Shown here in pieces: positions 41,201 through 48,786 of a stretch of 64,000 nucleotides of DNA. Source of the stretch: an uncultured bacterium (GTDB lineage: Bacteria; Verrucomicrobiota; Verrucomicrobiia; Verrucomicrobiales; DEV007); the NCBI GenBank assembly GCA_963977015.1, contig CAXBMO010000008.1, positions 186,329 to 250,328 on the forward strand. Reading direction: 5' to 3'. The notes beneath the pieces were generated by a model that did no database searches, had not been told where the DNA came from, and was given only the letters and a program-made list of their open reading frames with translations. How positions within the stretch are numbered: the first letter of the stretch is position 1; each line of letters opens with the position of its first letter. A program made the position numbers and the translations under genes.

Positions 41201-41397
41201 GAATCGAACTTCGTAACCAACTCCGTCTCGCCAATCTCCAGGTTCAAGACCTGGTTGTTTTCAGGACCATTCGCAGCGAGAAGCCACGAGTTCGTCAGGA
41301 GAAGGACGGAAATCGCGACGCTAGCGTGAAATTGGGAGATGCTGACCAGGGTTTGAGGACGGTTTCTAGATTTCGCCGGAAGATAGGCGTCTTCCAT
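38215..41397 (-). CDS. Large secreted protein, glycoside-hydrolase-like (DUF5696/GH129-like TIM barrel with Ig-like domains)
   Basis: 1060 aa; N-terminal hydrophobic segment, Ig-like start; central FVID, NWQ..G...PDVWPPN..LG..DL..L...C pattern. Confidence 0.6.
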   Translation of the reverse strand: MEDAYLPAKSRNRPQTLVSISQFHASVAISVLLLTNSWLLAANGPENNQVLNLEIGETELVTKFDSPVVVPVTIQNLSTDTISGTVVIGGPTGGIYPLSEPSQEFSLEAGESLTTAFSVAFDTSCSNGLYPIHSFVDLSNGRDLRKRAATLLETDFADSEPWAGRNPEVAEFQDRRSRSPVDAFLKLQRIKTLADFIRETKDLNHHQAFRLGADLDSFAVLVLPGKNGLLDGLISFIGPNQELSFQGLTLGVETPVGVDGEPQIQVDEFISTQVENGIDVMHRLRIGDFATEVVVQLRLLEGGVKLRAVSPDPVSRFGVGKANRKPTTLTAGLGYHFNAPGDWTLGKDSPLLSASHAGFDFENGISLMQASSSPLEQIEISPSQNLARIIAPGSGWLYLIPSEESVFDAAAKYRELGEWEAAPGVPNFAGRFVIDSSQTHFADLADRVEELRRYGINRSALVVRNWQQHGPMERSPDVWPPNDDLGSLTDLQILAKTCRECEILFGLEDTYAAIDPLSKEFDYESVAFQANGSPTALNANPGGNPTFALRPDQIEPYLSRNLKLIRYYLTPTLFVIDGSESGRSPYFDREGNRYNQAYSQEIWRQTVSYVQGYLGPTSASVAKGGGDWLVGAADGTGFEVRASDLPGPAQRVPWFSIVHHDRLPVYEMGADLDSGSGEALLREVTEGSLPMADDQAWGHSMIRKAWLMQPVAEALAGSAVNRVSRLEDDPRRMRCLWGENGLLWINASNEGWRVSGREVAPGGFYLSSGETEVSVELRNGVYCEQSISPAGWYVNARPRHWSALHIQPSLKNVSVAEGNALIRLGWTCEETFPPETELLLQIHDSENPEVIWAEEVLQPSEPVSSWIGQKEMEVPLDLTLIPGVRAVVSLTARTPNGRPIKMLAQTLDVGRYAGFSARLGQISLGFDGNGELAGIEALPSDPAGLESVEQINSSLRPIDFGWTTTNGAFRLTQAADGLVMMPLPDCPPFEATLNLGALKIDPNRVLGVVSREVYSAGWKLSQPELAEGILTIRHDPKNFSYSILLRSETDRAGDEISLLD

Positions 41398-41410
41398 CGA
41401 ATGAAAAGCT

Positions 41411-41450
41411 GAAAACGAAAAACCCCCGTCAGCCTGAGGCCAACGAGGGT
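41411..41450 (-). terminator. Rho-independent terminator
   Basis: Minus strand ACCCTCGTTGGCC-TCA-GGCTGACGGGGGT followed by TTTTCGTTTTC. Confidence 0.75.
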
Positions 41451-41469
41451 AGGGGAGGTAAAGGGGAAC

Positions 41470-41658
41470 TTAGAACTGGCGTCGCTCTGCCTTGTTGGCC
41501 AGAAAGTCGGCCAACAGGACTTCTTCAGGCTCGCCGGAAATTGCGGCCAGCAAGCGGATGTAGCCATATTCCTTGCTGGAGATCGCCACGGCCTGGGCTC
41601 CTTGAGAGGGACGAGTTTGGCGGGAAAAAATCGAGTCAGTCTTCGTTGTGTCTGTCAT
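41470..41658 (-). CDS. Small hypothetical protein (62 aa)
   Basis: ATG-initiated ORF occupying the gap, co-oriented with its neighbours and followed by a terminator. Confidence 0.6.
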   Translation of the reverse strand: MTDTTKTDSIFSRQTRPSQGAQAVAISSKEYGYIRLLAAISGEPEEVLLADFLANKAERRQF

Positions 41659-41709
41659 GCCCACCCAGACGGTGGCTCTGTCAGAGATTGCGATTTTCTG
41701 ACGCCAAAT

Positions 41710-42216
41710 TTACTGATCCGCGTCACCCATCAAATCGCGGACGTGCGGATACCGCGCGCTAAAGACTCTCAAATGTTTGTCGGTCAGGCCGCTCCAGATC
41801 ACGATGATTCCGTCGGTGACGCGCTTGTCGATCTGCAGATAGCTGCGGACGCCACCGGTTTGCTGGCTGATTGGATGGACCACCGCTGCGAGCAGCTGAC
41901 CATGGTTCTCGGGCGAGCTGGTGTAAGTTGTGAGCGCGTTGGTGCCGCGTGAATCGAGCTTGAACGCGACCCCAAACGTCTTGTCAGGAGCAATGAACGG
42001 GTAATACCAGGCGACGTTTGCGTCCGTTACCACCGGCATGATCCGGAAGTAGTATTGCTTTCCGTCGCTCATTTTGACGGCTTGGGCGAATTTGGGCCAT
42101 TCTTCCTTCTTCCCTTCCGCGTGAAAGGATACCAGAACTCCGTCGCTCCGTTTTCCCGACCCGAGTAGGGGCAGACAAAGAGCGAGCAGGATGAGGACAG
42201 GGGCACCGCGTTTCAT
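41710..42216 (-). CDS. Exported protein resembling a stand-alone SecDF P1-head domain
   Basis: Signal peptide MKRGAPVLILLALCLPLLG; PVVT..NV, GVAFKLD..G..AL..YTS..N.G..LAAVV, I...VTDG.I.I. Confidence 0.65.
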   Translation of the reverse strand: MKRGAPVLILLALCLPLLGSGKRSDGVLVSFHAEGKKEEWPKFAQAVKMSDGKQYYFRIMPVVTDANVAWYYPFIAPDKTFGVAFKLDSRGTNALTTYTSSPENHGQLLAAVVHPISQQTGGVRSYLQIDKRVTDGIIVIWSGLTDKHLRVFSARYPHVRDLMGDADQ

Positions 42217-42444
42217 GACATCATTAGAACCCTGATTGAAGGTCCTTTCAAGCGAGACGGATCTGGTGGAGCCCTGATTCACTCCAAAAACCAGGGGAGA
42301 ACCTGACGGATCAATTGAGTTTCAGAAGAAAACGGTTGTCAGGCGTGCTATGATTCTCTAGAAAACGTTTCGGTTTTCGACTGGCAATCACGTCGAATAG
42401 CCAGGCAAAATTTCCAATACCTCCCAAAAATACCTCGGATTGTT

Positions 42445-43881
42445 ATGATACCTGAAGATTCCGCGACCCCTTCAATTGACCCAACTCAGGCTGCAGGCTC
42501 AGAAGTGGTGACCGAAGAACAGATTAACCCGAAGCTTCGTCAACTCTTCATGAAAGGGATGAGCGCGTTGGATCAGAAAAACTTTGATTACACGATCAAC
42601 CTGCTTCAGGCCGTGTTGAAGGAGGAGCCGAGGTTTCTCATGGGCCGCAAGCGTCTTCGCGAAGCGGCGATCAAGAAGAAGGAAGCCGAGAGCAAACGGA
42701 TCAATATCAAGACTGGCGGAATTGGCGCCATGAAGCTGCAGCCCATGGTGAAGAAGGACCCTGCTGCAGCGATCGTTGCTCTCGAAAAAGAAGTCCTGGC
42801 TGCGGAGCCCTACAATCCCCAGGGCAACCAACTGCTCTTTGATGCCTGCCGCGCCGCATCGATGCCGATGACGGCGGGATTTGCGCTGGAGACCTTGGTG
42901 CAGGGTAATCCTGAGAACACCAAATACATGCACCAGTTGGGTGATTTCTACATGGATCACGATTTCTGGGAGCAGGCTTCCATCGTGTTTGCCCGAATCA
43001 CGAGTTTTGATCCGACCGACCTGAACGCGACCCAGAAAGAGAAGAACGCGACCGCGCGGGCCTCCATGGCGAAGCAGAAAGACGGTGGACTGCGCAACAA
43101 CCTGCGTGACGCGGAAGGCGCGGCTGAGCTTGAGAAGCAGAACCGGTCCGGAATGACTCGCGATCAGCTTGAAGAGCAGATTGCGACCTACCAGGCGAAG
43201 TATGCCGAAGATCAGAACAATCTCCAAACCGTGAAGGAACTGGCCGCCCTGTATGAGCAGCTGGAGGATTTTGACTCCGCGCTGAGTTATTACGAGTGGG
43301 CTCACACCCTCAGTAACGGGGACGTTTCCCTGGAGAAAAAGGTGATCGAAACGCGGGAAACCCAGCGGGCTCGCAAGATTCGCGAATACGAAGGCTGGTT
43401 AGCGGAAAACGAAGGTCATGCTGACTACGATACGGTCAAAGCCGATTACAACGAGTTCAAAGGCGGGCACTTCAAAGCCCAGATCGATGCTTACCAGGAG
43501 CAGGTCGACCGGAACCCGACCGATAATTCGCTGCGCTTTAAATTAGGCGAGGCGCTCTTTGAAGCTGGCGAATTGAAGGATGCGATTCCGCAACTGCAGC
43601 GTGCCCAATCCAGCCCGAACCTGCGGACCAAGGCGATGCTTCTGCTCGGCAAATGTTACGAAGGTCGCAACATGAACGACTTGGCGATCGACCAATTCCA
43701 AAAGGCGGCGGCTGAGTTGCAGATCATGGACGACACCAAGAAGGAGCTGCTCTACTCACTCGGTCAGATTCATCAGAAAGTCGGCGACAAGGCTGCTGCG
43801 CTCGAATGCATGAAGGAGATCTACGCGGTCGACTACGGTTACCGCGACGTGGCCGATCTCGTGGAAAGTTCCTACGAGTAG
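42445..43881 (+). CDS. Tetratricopeptide repeat protein
   Basis: Multiple TPR-like helices (LRFKLGEALFEAG, LLLGKCY, LYSLGQI..K.G). Confidence 0.88.
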   Translation: MIPEDSATPSIDPTQAAGSEVVTEEQINPKLRQLFMKGMSALDQKNFDYTINLLQAVLKEEPRFLMGRKRLREAAIKKKEAESKRINIKTGGIGAMKLQPMVKKDPAAAIVALEKEVLAAEPYNPQGNQLLFDACRAASMPMTAGFALETLVQGNPENTKYMHQLGDFYMDHDFWEQASIVFARITSFDPTDLNATQKEKNATARASMAKQKDGGLRNNLRDAEGAAELEKQNRSGMTRDQLEEQIATYQAKYAEDQNNLQTVKELAALYEQLEDFDSALSYYEWAHTLSNGDVSLEKKVIETRETQRARKIREYEGWLAENEGHADYDTVKADYNEFKGGHFKAQIDAYQEQVDRNPTDNSLRFKLGEALFEAGELKDAIPQLQRAQSSPNLRTKAMLLLGKCYEGRNMNDLAIDQFQKAAAELQIMDDTKKELLYSLGQIHQKVGDKAAALECMKEIYAVDYGYRDVADLVESSYE

Positions 43882-43933
43882 TCGGCGACGGGGAAGTGGC
43901 CGGGCGGCGCACGTTGGTTTGCCGCTCCCTGCC

Positions 43934-45061
43934 TCAGCCAACCGGGACCATTTCCCCGGAATCCGCGGACTGAAGCCCTGCCTCCAAAACGCGCATGATT
44001 TCCACACCATCGCGGAAATTCGGCGAAATGCTGGTTCCTTCTCCGATGGCGGTGACAAAGTCGGCCACGGCGTGAACGAACCCATGTTCGTAACCAATGA
44101 CGTGTCCGGGAGGCCACCATTTCGCGGCGTAGGGATGAACCGGCTCGGTCGCGAGAATGTCCCGCCAACCGCGCGAACTCGGCTCATCGCTCTCGTTCCA
44201 GAATTTGAGGCGATTCATGTCTTCCAGATCCCAGGTTAGGGCGCCCTTGCTTCCATAAATCTCGAACGTGTGATGATTGCGTCGGCCGGTCGCATAACGA
44301 GTCGTCTCGATCGTGCCGACACCGCCGTTGCTGAATTGAACCGTCATCAGGGAAGCGTCATCCACTTCCACCTCGCCGGTTTGGTCCGGATTTCCGGCCA
44401 GTGGGCGTTCCTTGGTGAAGGTTTTGGTCAGGCAATGGACGCGATCGATTTTGCCCATGAGGAACAATGCCATATCGACGGCGTGAGAACTCAGATCCCA
44501 ATGCGGGCCAGCTCCCGCCGTTGCCTTTTTGAGCTTCCAGTCGACCGGCTTGTTCGGATCAATCAACCAGCTTTGCTGATAAGCGCCACGCCAGTGGTAG
44601 AGCGTCCCGAGTTTGCCTTCATCGATGAATTGCTTTGCCAACGCCACGGCGGGGCAGCGCTGGTAGTTGTGATTGAGGTAGTGAACCACGCCCGCCGCTT
44701 CGGCCGCTTCGGCGAGTTCCTCGGCTTCGGCGGTGGTGAGGGTGAACGGTTTTTCACAAAAAACGTGTTTTCCCGCTTTCACCGCAGCCAGAGCCGTTTC
44801 GAAGTGAAGATGGGTCGGCAAGGAAATGTCGACGATGTCGATGTCCTCGCGCTGGATCGTCTGTCTCCAGTCCTGCTCGGTCTCCTCCCACCCCCAGCGC
44901 TCCGCAAATTCCGTCAAGGCGGCTTGATCCCGCCCCGTCGCGACCTTCAGCACGGGTTTGGCCGGTAAATCGAAAAAGAGCGGAGCCTTGATCCAGGCGT
45001 TGCTGTGAGCTCGGCCCATAAAGCGGTGGCCCAGAATCGCGACATTCAGCGGTTTGTTCAT
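43934..45061 (-). CDS. Gfo/Idh/MocA family oxidoreductase
   Basis: VAILGHRFMGRAH, GKHVFCEKP, NHNY, DLSSHAVD, EIYGSKG. Confidence 0.93.
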   Translation of the reverse strand: MNKPLNVAILGHRFMGRAHSNAWIKAPLFFDLPAKPVLKVATGRDQAALTEFAERWGWEETEQDWRQTIQREDIDIVDISLPTHLHFETALAAVKAGKHVFCEKPFTLTTAEAEELAEAAEAAGVVHYLNHNYQRCPAVALAKQFIDEGKLGTLYHWRGAYQQSWLIDPNKPVDWKLKKATAGAGPHWDLSSHAVDMALFLMGKIDRVHCLTKTFTKERPLAGNPDQTGEVEVDDASLMTVQFSNGGVGTIETTRYATGRRNHHTFEIYGSKGALTWDLEDMNRLKFWNESDEPSSRGWRDILATEPVHPYAAKWWPPGHVIGYEHGFVHAVADFVTAIGEGTSISPNFRDGVEIMRVLEAGLQSADSGEMVPVG

Positions 45062-45123
45062 GGGCGAAAGATTGGGATTCGATTGCGGGAAAGGCAACTC
45101 CTCGGCAAAAATTTCTGGACGAT

Positions 45124-45147
45124 ATAACTGTTCTAATGAACAGTTAT
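45124..45147. promoter_or_regulatory. LexA (SOS) box, Verrucomicrobia type
   Basis: ATAAC-TGTTC-TAAT-GAACA-GTTAT extended palindrome; core TGTTC-N4-GAACA at 45129-45142, just upstream of imuA. Confidence 0.9.
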
Positions 45148-45161
45148 TTTGAAATCTGGAA

Positions 45162-45836
45162 ATGGCGACGACTTCATCGGACAAAATGATCGAGCTGCGG
45201 GGATTGCTGCGTGAGCGCTTTCCCGAGGCGCATCGTATCAAGCCGGAGGAAGAGGTGCGCGATCCGCTCGAAACCGGGATTCGTGCGCTCGATCAGATTG
45301 GAGTCGGGCAACGGCAGATCACGGAAATCGTGAGCCCGGGCGAAAGCCGGGGCGCGGGGCTGGTGTTCGCCAGTTTGTTGCGCAAAATGGCGAGCCAAAG
45401 CCGGTATCTGGCCCTGATCGATGCGCGAGACAGCTTCGATCCGCAATCCCTGGGCGTGGAGGCCTGCCGTTGGCTGTTCTGGGTGCGGTGTCGCGAAATC
45501 GGCAATGCGATGAAGGCGGCGGATTGGCTGCTGCGCGACGGGAATTTGCCGCATGTCGTCCTGGATTTGCAGCAGACTCCGGTTCGCGAGATCCGGCGTC
45601 TGCCGAGTAGCGGTTGGCACCGGCTTCGGGCCTTGGTTGAGCAAACTGGGACGACGCTGGTGGTGCAAACGCCTGAACGGACGATTCCAAGCGCGCATTT
45701 ACGCGTGACGCTGGAGCAAGACTTCGGCCTCGATGCGCTGGATGCGTTGCAGTCGGAGCTGGAGCGCAACGTCGAGGCCAATGTCGCTCGAGCCAGGTTT
45801 GACGCGGAAACCTGGGATGGCCGCATGAGCGCGTAA
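45162..45836 (+). CDS. imuA: ImuA-like RecA/SulA-family protein
   Basis: L.TGI.ALD, ITEIV, ALID.RDSFDP, WVRC, A.D.LLRDGN...VVLD; upstream of imuB and downstream of an SOS box. Confidence 0.82.
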   Translation: MATTSSDKMIELRGLLRERFPEAHRIKPEEEVRDPLETGIRALDQIGVGQRQITEIVSPGESRGAGLVFASLLRKMASQSRYLALIDARDSFDPQSLGVEACRWLFWVRCREIGNAMKAADWLLRDGNLPHVVLDLQQTPVREIRRLPSSGWHRLRALVEQTGTTLVVQTPERTIPSAHLRVTLEQDFGLDALDALQSELERNVEANVARARFDAETWDGRMSA

Positions 45837-45860
45837 TGACGGAGAACCTACTCCAGACCG

Positions 45861-47378
45861 ATGTTCGCAGCCCTCACCATTCCCCATTTTCATCTCACGG
45901 CCCAATTGCGCAATCGGCCGGATTTGGAAGATCAACCCGTCGTGTTGCTGGACGATAGCGCGCTTTCCGGCAAAACCCGGAAGTTGCGCGGCAAAGCCCG
46001 CGTTTTGCAGCGAAATCGTGCCGCAGCCGAGCATCATGTGGAGCTGGGGATGACGGCGGTTCAAGCCCAGGCGCGATGTGCCGCGCTCCATCTGTTGAAT
46101 CACGACGCAGAAGACGAGGCGTGGGCGCAAAGTGATTTGCTCGATTGCGCGGCGGCGTTCACTCCGGATTTTGAAGCGACCACGGATGGCGTTGTGACCT
46201 TGGATTTGTTCAGCGCGCCGCAATCCCCGCGGAAATTGGGCCAGAGCATGGTCGATTGGCTCGCCGGAGCCGAGTTGCCCGCTCAAGTCGGCTTTGCCGA
46301 GAACCCGGATTTGGCCTTGTTGGTCGCGAAATTCGCCAAACCCGTTACCATCGTCGAGAACACGAAGGCTGCGCGACGCGATTTTCTCGATCCGCTTCCC
46401 ATCAGCGCGCTTTCACCTTCGCCGGAAGTGTCCCAGGTGCTGGATTCCTGGGGAATTGATACCCTGGGAGAATTTACCCGGCTTCCCCGGCATGAAGTGA
46501 CGGAGCGGCTTGGGCCGGAAACCGGCACGTTGTGGGATCACGCCTCGGGCACCTGTCGCCGCCTGCTTCAGCTCGTTCGGCCGCCGGCGGACTTCGCGCA
46601 ATCGGCGGAGCTGGAATTCGAGATCACCACGCTGGAACCGCTGTTGTTTTTGCTGCGACGCTGGCTCGAAACCACGGTCGCGCGGCTCAATGCCGGTTAC
46701 CTGGTCGCCGAACGCCTGTTGCTCTCCCTGCGTTTTGATGACGGGACGATGCATGAGCGTTCGTTTCGTGTTCCCGATCCTTCGGCTAACGTGGAGCTTC
46801 TCTTTGGCATGCTGCACACGCATTTGGAGGATTTTGTCGCCAAATCGCCCATCGTGGCAGCAAGCTTGGACGTGATTCCCACCAAGCCCGGGAAGCATCA
46901 GTTTCAGCTCTTTGAATCGAGCATTCGCGATCCCAACCGCTTTGCCGATACGCTGGCCCGGCTTGAGGCGCTTCTCGGCTCCGAGAACGTCGGGATTCCC
47001 GAACTGCTTCCCACGCATCGGGCGGATTCCTTCCGGATGACGGGATTTGGCGATTCCACGTCTCCCGCGCCCGTCACGCAGTCGCCTCCGGCGTCGAATC
47101 TCCCGACGGCGCCGTTTTTGGGGCTGCCCCTGCGCCGGTTTCGTCCGCCGCAAGCCGTTCGGGTGGAGCTTGATCCCGCGAAACGCCCTCGCAACGTGGT
47201 CAGCTCCACGATTCAGGGGGCCATCGTTCGCAGCCGCGGCCCCTGGCTCAGTTCCGGGGATTGGTGGGATCGCTTTTCCTGGGTGCGCCAGGATTGGGAT
47301 GTTCAACTGGACGGCGGTGGTCTTTATCGACTCTATCGCGAGAAGGAGGCTTGGAAATTGGATGGGATTTATGGCTGA
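45861..47378 (+). CDS. imuB: ImuB, inactive Y-family DNA polymerase
   Basis: GMT..QAQARC, FTPDFE, WGIDTLGEF..LP, LEPLLF; C-terminal GPW..SGDWW..WDV..LYRLY..W.LDGIYG. Confidence 0.88.
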   Translation: MFAALTIPHFHLTAQLRNRPDLEDQPVVLLDDSALSGKTRKLRGKARVLQRNRAAAEHHVELGMTAVQAQARCAALHLLNHDAEDEAWAQSDLLDCAAAFTPDFEATTDGVVTLDLFSAPQSPRKLGQSMVDWLAGAELPAQVGFAENPDLALLVAKFAKPVTIVENTKAARRDFLDPLPISALSPSPEVSQVLDSWGIDTLGEFTRLPRHEVTERLGPETGTLWDHASGTCRRLLQLVRPPADFAQSAELEFEITTLEPLLFLLRRWLETTVARLNAGYLVAERLLLSLRFDDGTMHERSFRVPDPSANVELLFGMLHTHLEDFVAKSPIVAASLDVIPTKPGKHQFQLFESSIRDPNRFADTLARLEALLGSENVGIPELLPTHRADSFRMTGFGDSTSPAPVTQSPPASNLPTAPFLGLPLRRFRPPQAVRVELDPAKRPRNVVSSTIQGAIVRSRGPWLSSGDWWDRFSWVRQDWDVQLDGGGLYRLYREKEAWKLDGIYG

Positions 47379-47430
47379 GGTCCGCAACTGACTGAAAAAT
47401 CGCTCCGCCAATCGCGTGTTGGGTTCTGCC

Positions 47431-48783
47431 ATGCTCACGATTCAAGGATCTTCTTCATCCCGACTCTGCGACGGACGCTCTCGCCGCGATGTATTGCGTG
47501 TTGGCGCCTTGGGAATGGGCGGGCTCGCCTTGCCGCAATTGCTTCAGGCTGAGTCGAATGCGAAGCTCGGGAGCTCGCAGAAATCGATCATCATGATCTA
47601 CATGGCGGGGGCACCACCGCACCAGGAGCTCTACGACATCAAAACCGAGGCTCCGTCGAACATTCGGAGCCAGTTTGAGCCAATTTCCACCAACGTCCCC
47701 GGAATCCAGATTTCCGAGCTCTTGCCGGGTTTGGCGCGAAACGCAGACAAGGTCGCGTTCATCCGCTCAATGTATGGCGCCCCCAACGGCAGTCACGACT
47801 CGTTCATGTGTTACACCGGCAAGGTCGGCTCCACGCTCAACCAGAACGGCCAGCCTCCCGGCGGATGGCCGTCGATTGGCGCGGTGACCGCAAAGTTGAT
47901 GGGTTCGCGCTCCCCTTCGATGCCCGCGTTTGTTGGGCTGGCGCCCGAAGCCCGGCACCCCCCTTATGGATCCAGCGGGAAACCCGGTTTTCTCGGTGCT
48001 TCCTACGGACCGTTCAAGCCGAGCGGGGAGGCGATGAAGGACATGAAGCTCGGAATCCCGGAATCCCGGCTTGATGAACGGAAGGGGTTGCTCAACGCGT
48101 TTGATCAGTTTCGTCGTGAGGCCGATCACAGCGGATTGATGGAGGGAATGGACAGTTTCAGTCAACAGGCGATGGGGATGCTGACCTCAAGCCGCCTTGC
48201 CGAAGCCTTGAATCTGGACAACGAAGACCCGAAACTCCGCGAGCGGTATGGAAAGGGCGATGCCAGGCAGGTGGGCGACGGCGCGCCTCGAAACCTCGAG
48301 CATTTCCTGATGGCCCGCCGCCTGGTCGAAGCCGGGGCTCGCTGTGTCACGCTGAATTTCGGACGTTGGGATTTCCACAGCAACAACCGGGGAGGCACGA
48401 TTTCTCATGCGCCACTGTTCGACCGGGGGCTTAGCACCTTGATCGAGGATCTTCATGAACGCGGCATGCTCGATGACGTAACCGTGGTTGCCTGGGGCGA
48501 GTTTGGCCGCACCCCGATCATCAATAAGGATGGCGGACGTGATCACTGGCCCCGCGTCGGCGGCGCCGTTGTCGCTGGTGGTGGAATGAAAACCGGCCAG
48601 GTGATTGGCGCGACCGACAAGACGGCTGGCGAGATTACGGAACGTCCGGTTCACTTCGGCGAAGTCTTTGCGACGATGTATCAGAACTTGGGAATTGATC
48701 CTCACCGGACGACGATCCCGGATTTCACCGGTCGTCCTCACTATCTCGTTGACGGGCATCGCGCGTTGCCGGAGCTGGCGTAA
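47431..48783 (+). CDS. DUF1501 domain protein
   Basis: SRRDVLRVG Tat-like leader; GAPPHQE.YD.K, PI.TNVPG, ARRLVEAG, WDFH, WGEFGRTP, GRDHW. Confidence 0.92.
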   Translation: MLTIQGSSSSRLCDGRSRRDVLRVGALGMGGLALPQLLQAESNAKLGSSQKSIIMIYMAGAPPHQELYDIKTEAPSNIRSQFEPISTNVPGIQISELLPGLARNADKVAFIRSMYGAPNGSHDSFMCYTGKVGSTLNQNGQPPGGWPSIGAVTAKLMGSRSPSMPAFVGLAPEARHPPYGSSGKPGFLGASYGPFKPSGEAMKDMKLGIPESRLDERKGLLNAFDQFRREADHSGLMEGMDSFSQQAMGMLTSSRLAEALNLDNEDPKLRERYGKGDARQVGDGAPRNLEHFLMARRLVEAGARCVTLNFGRWDFHSNNRGGTISHAPLFDRGLSTLIEDLHERGMLDDVTVVAWGEFGRTPIINKDGGRDHWPRVGGAVVAGGGMKTGQVIGATDKTAGEITERPVHFGEVFATMYQNLGIDPHRTTIPDFTGRPHYLVDGHRALPELA

Positions 48784-48786
48784 CCA

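Noticed and set aside
41677-41700. Sigma54 promoter (TTGGCG...TCGCA on minus strand)
   Set aside because: GG-GC spacing is 12 nt rather than the required 10
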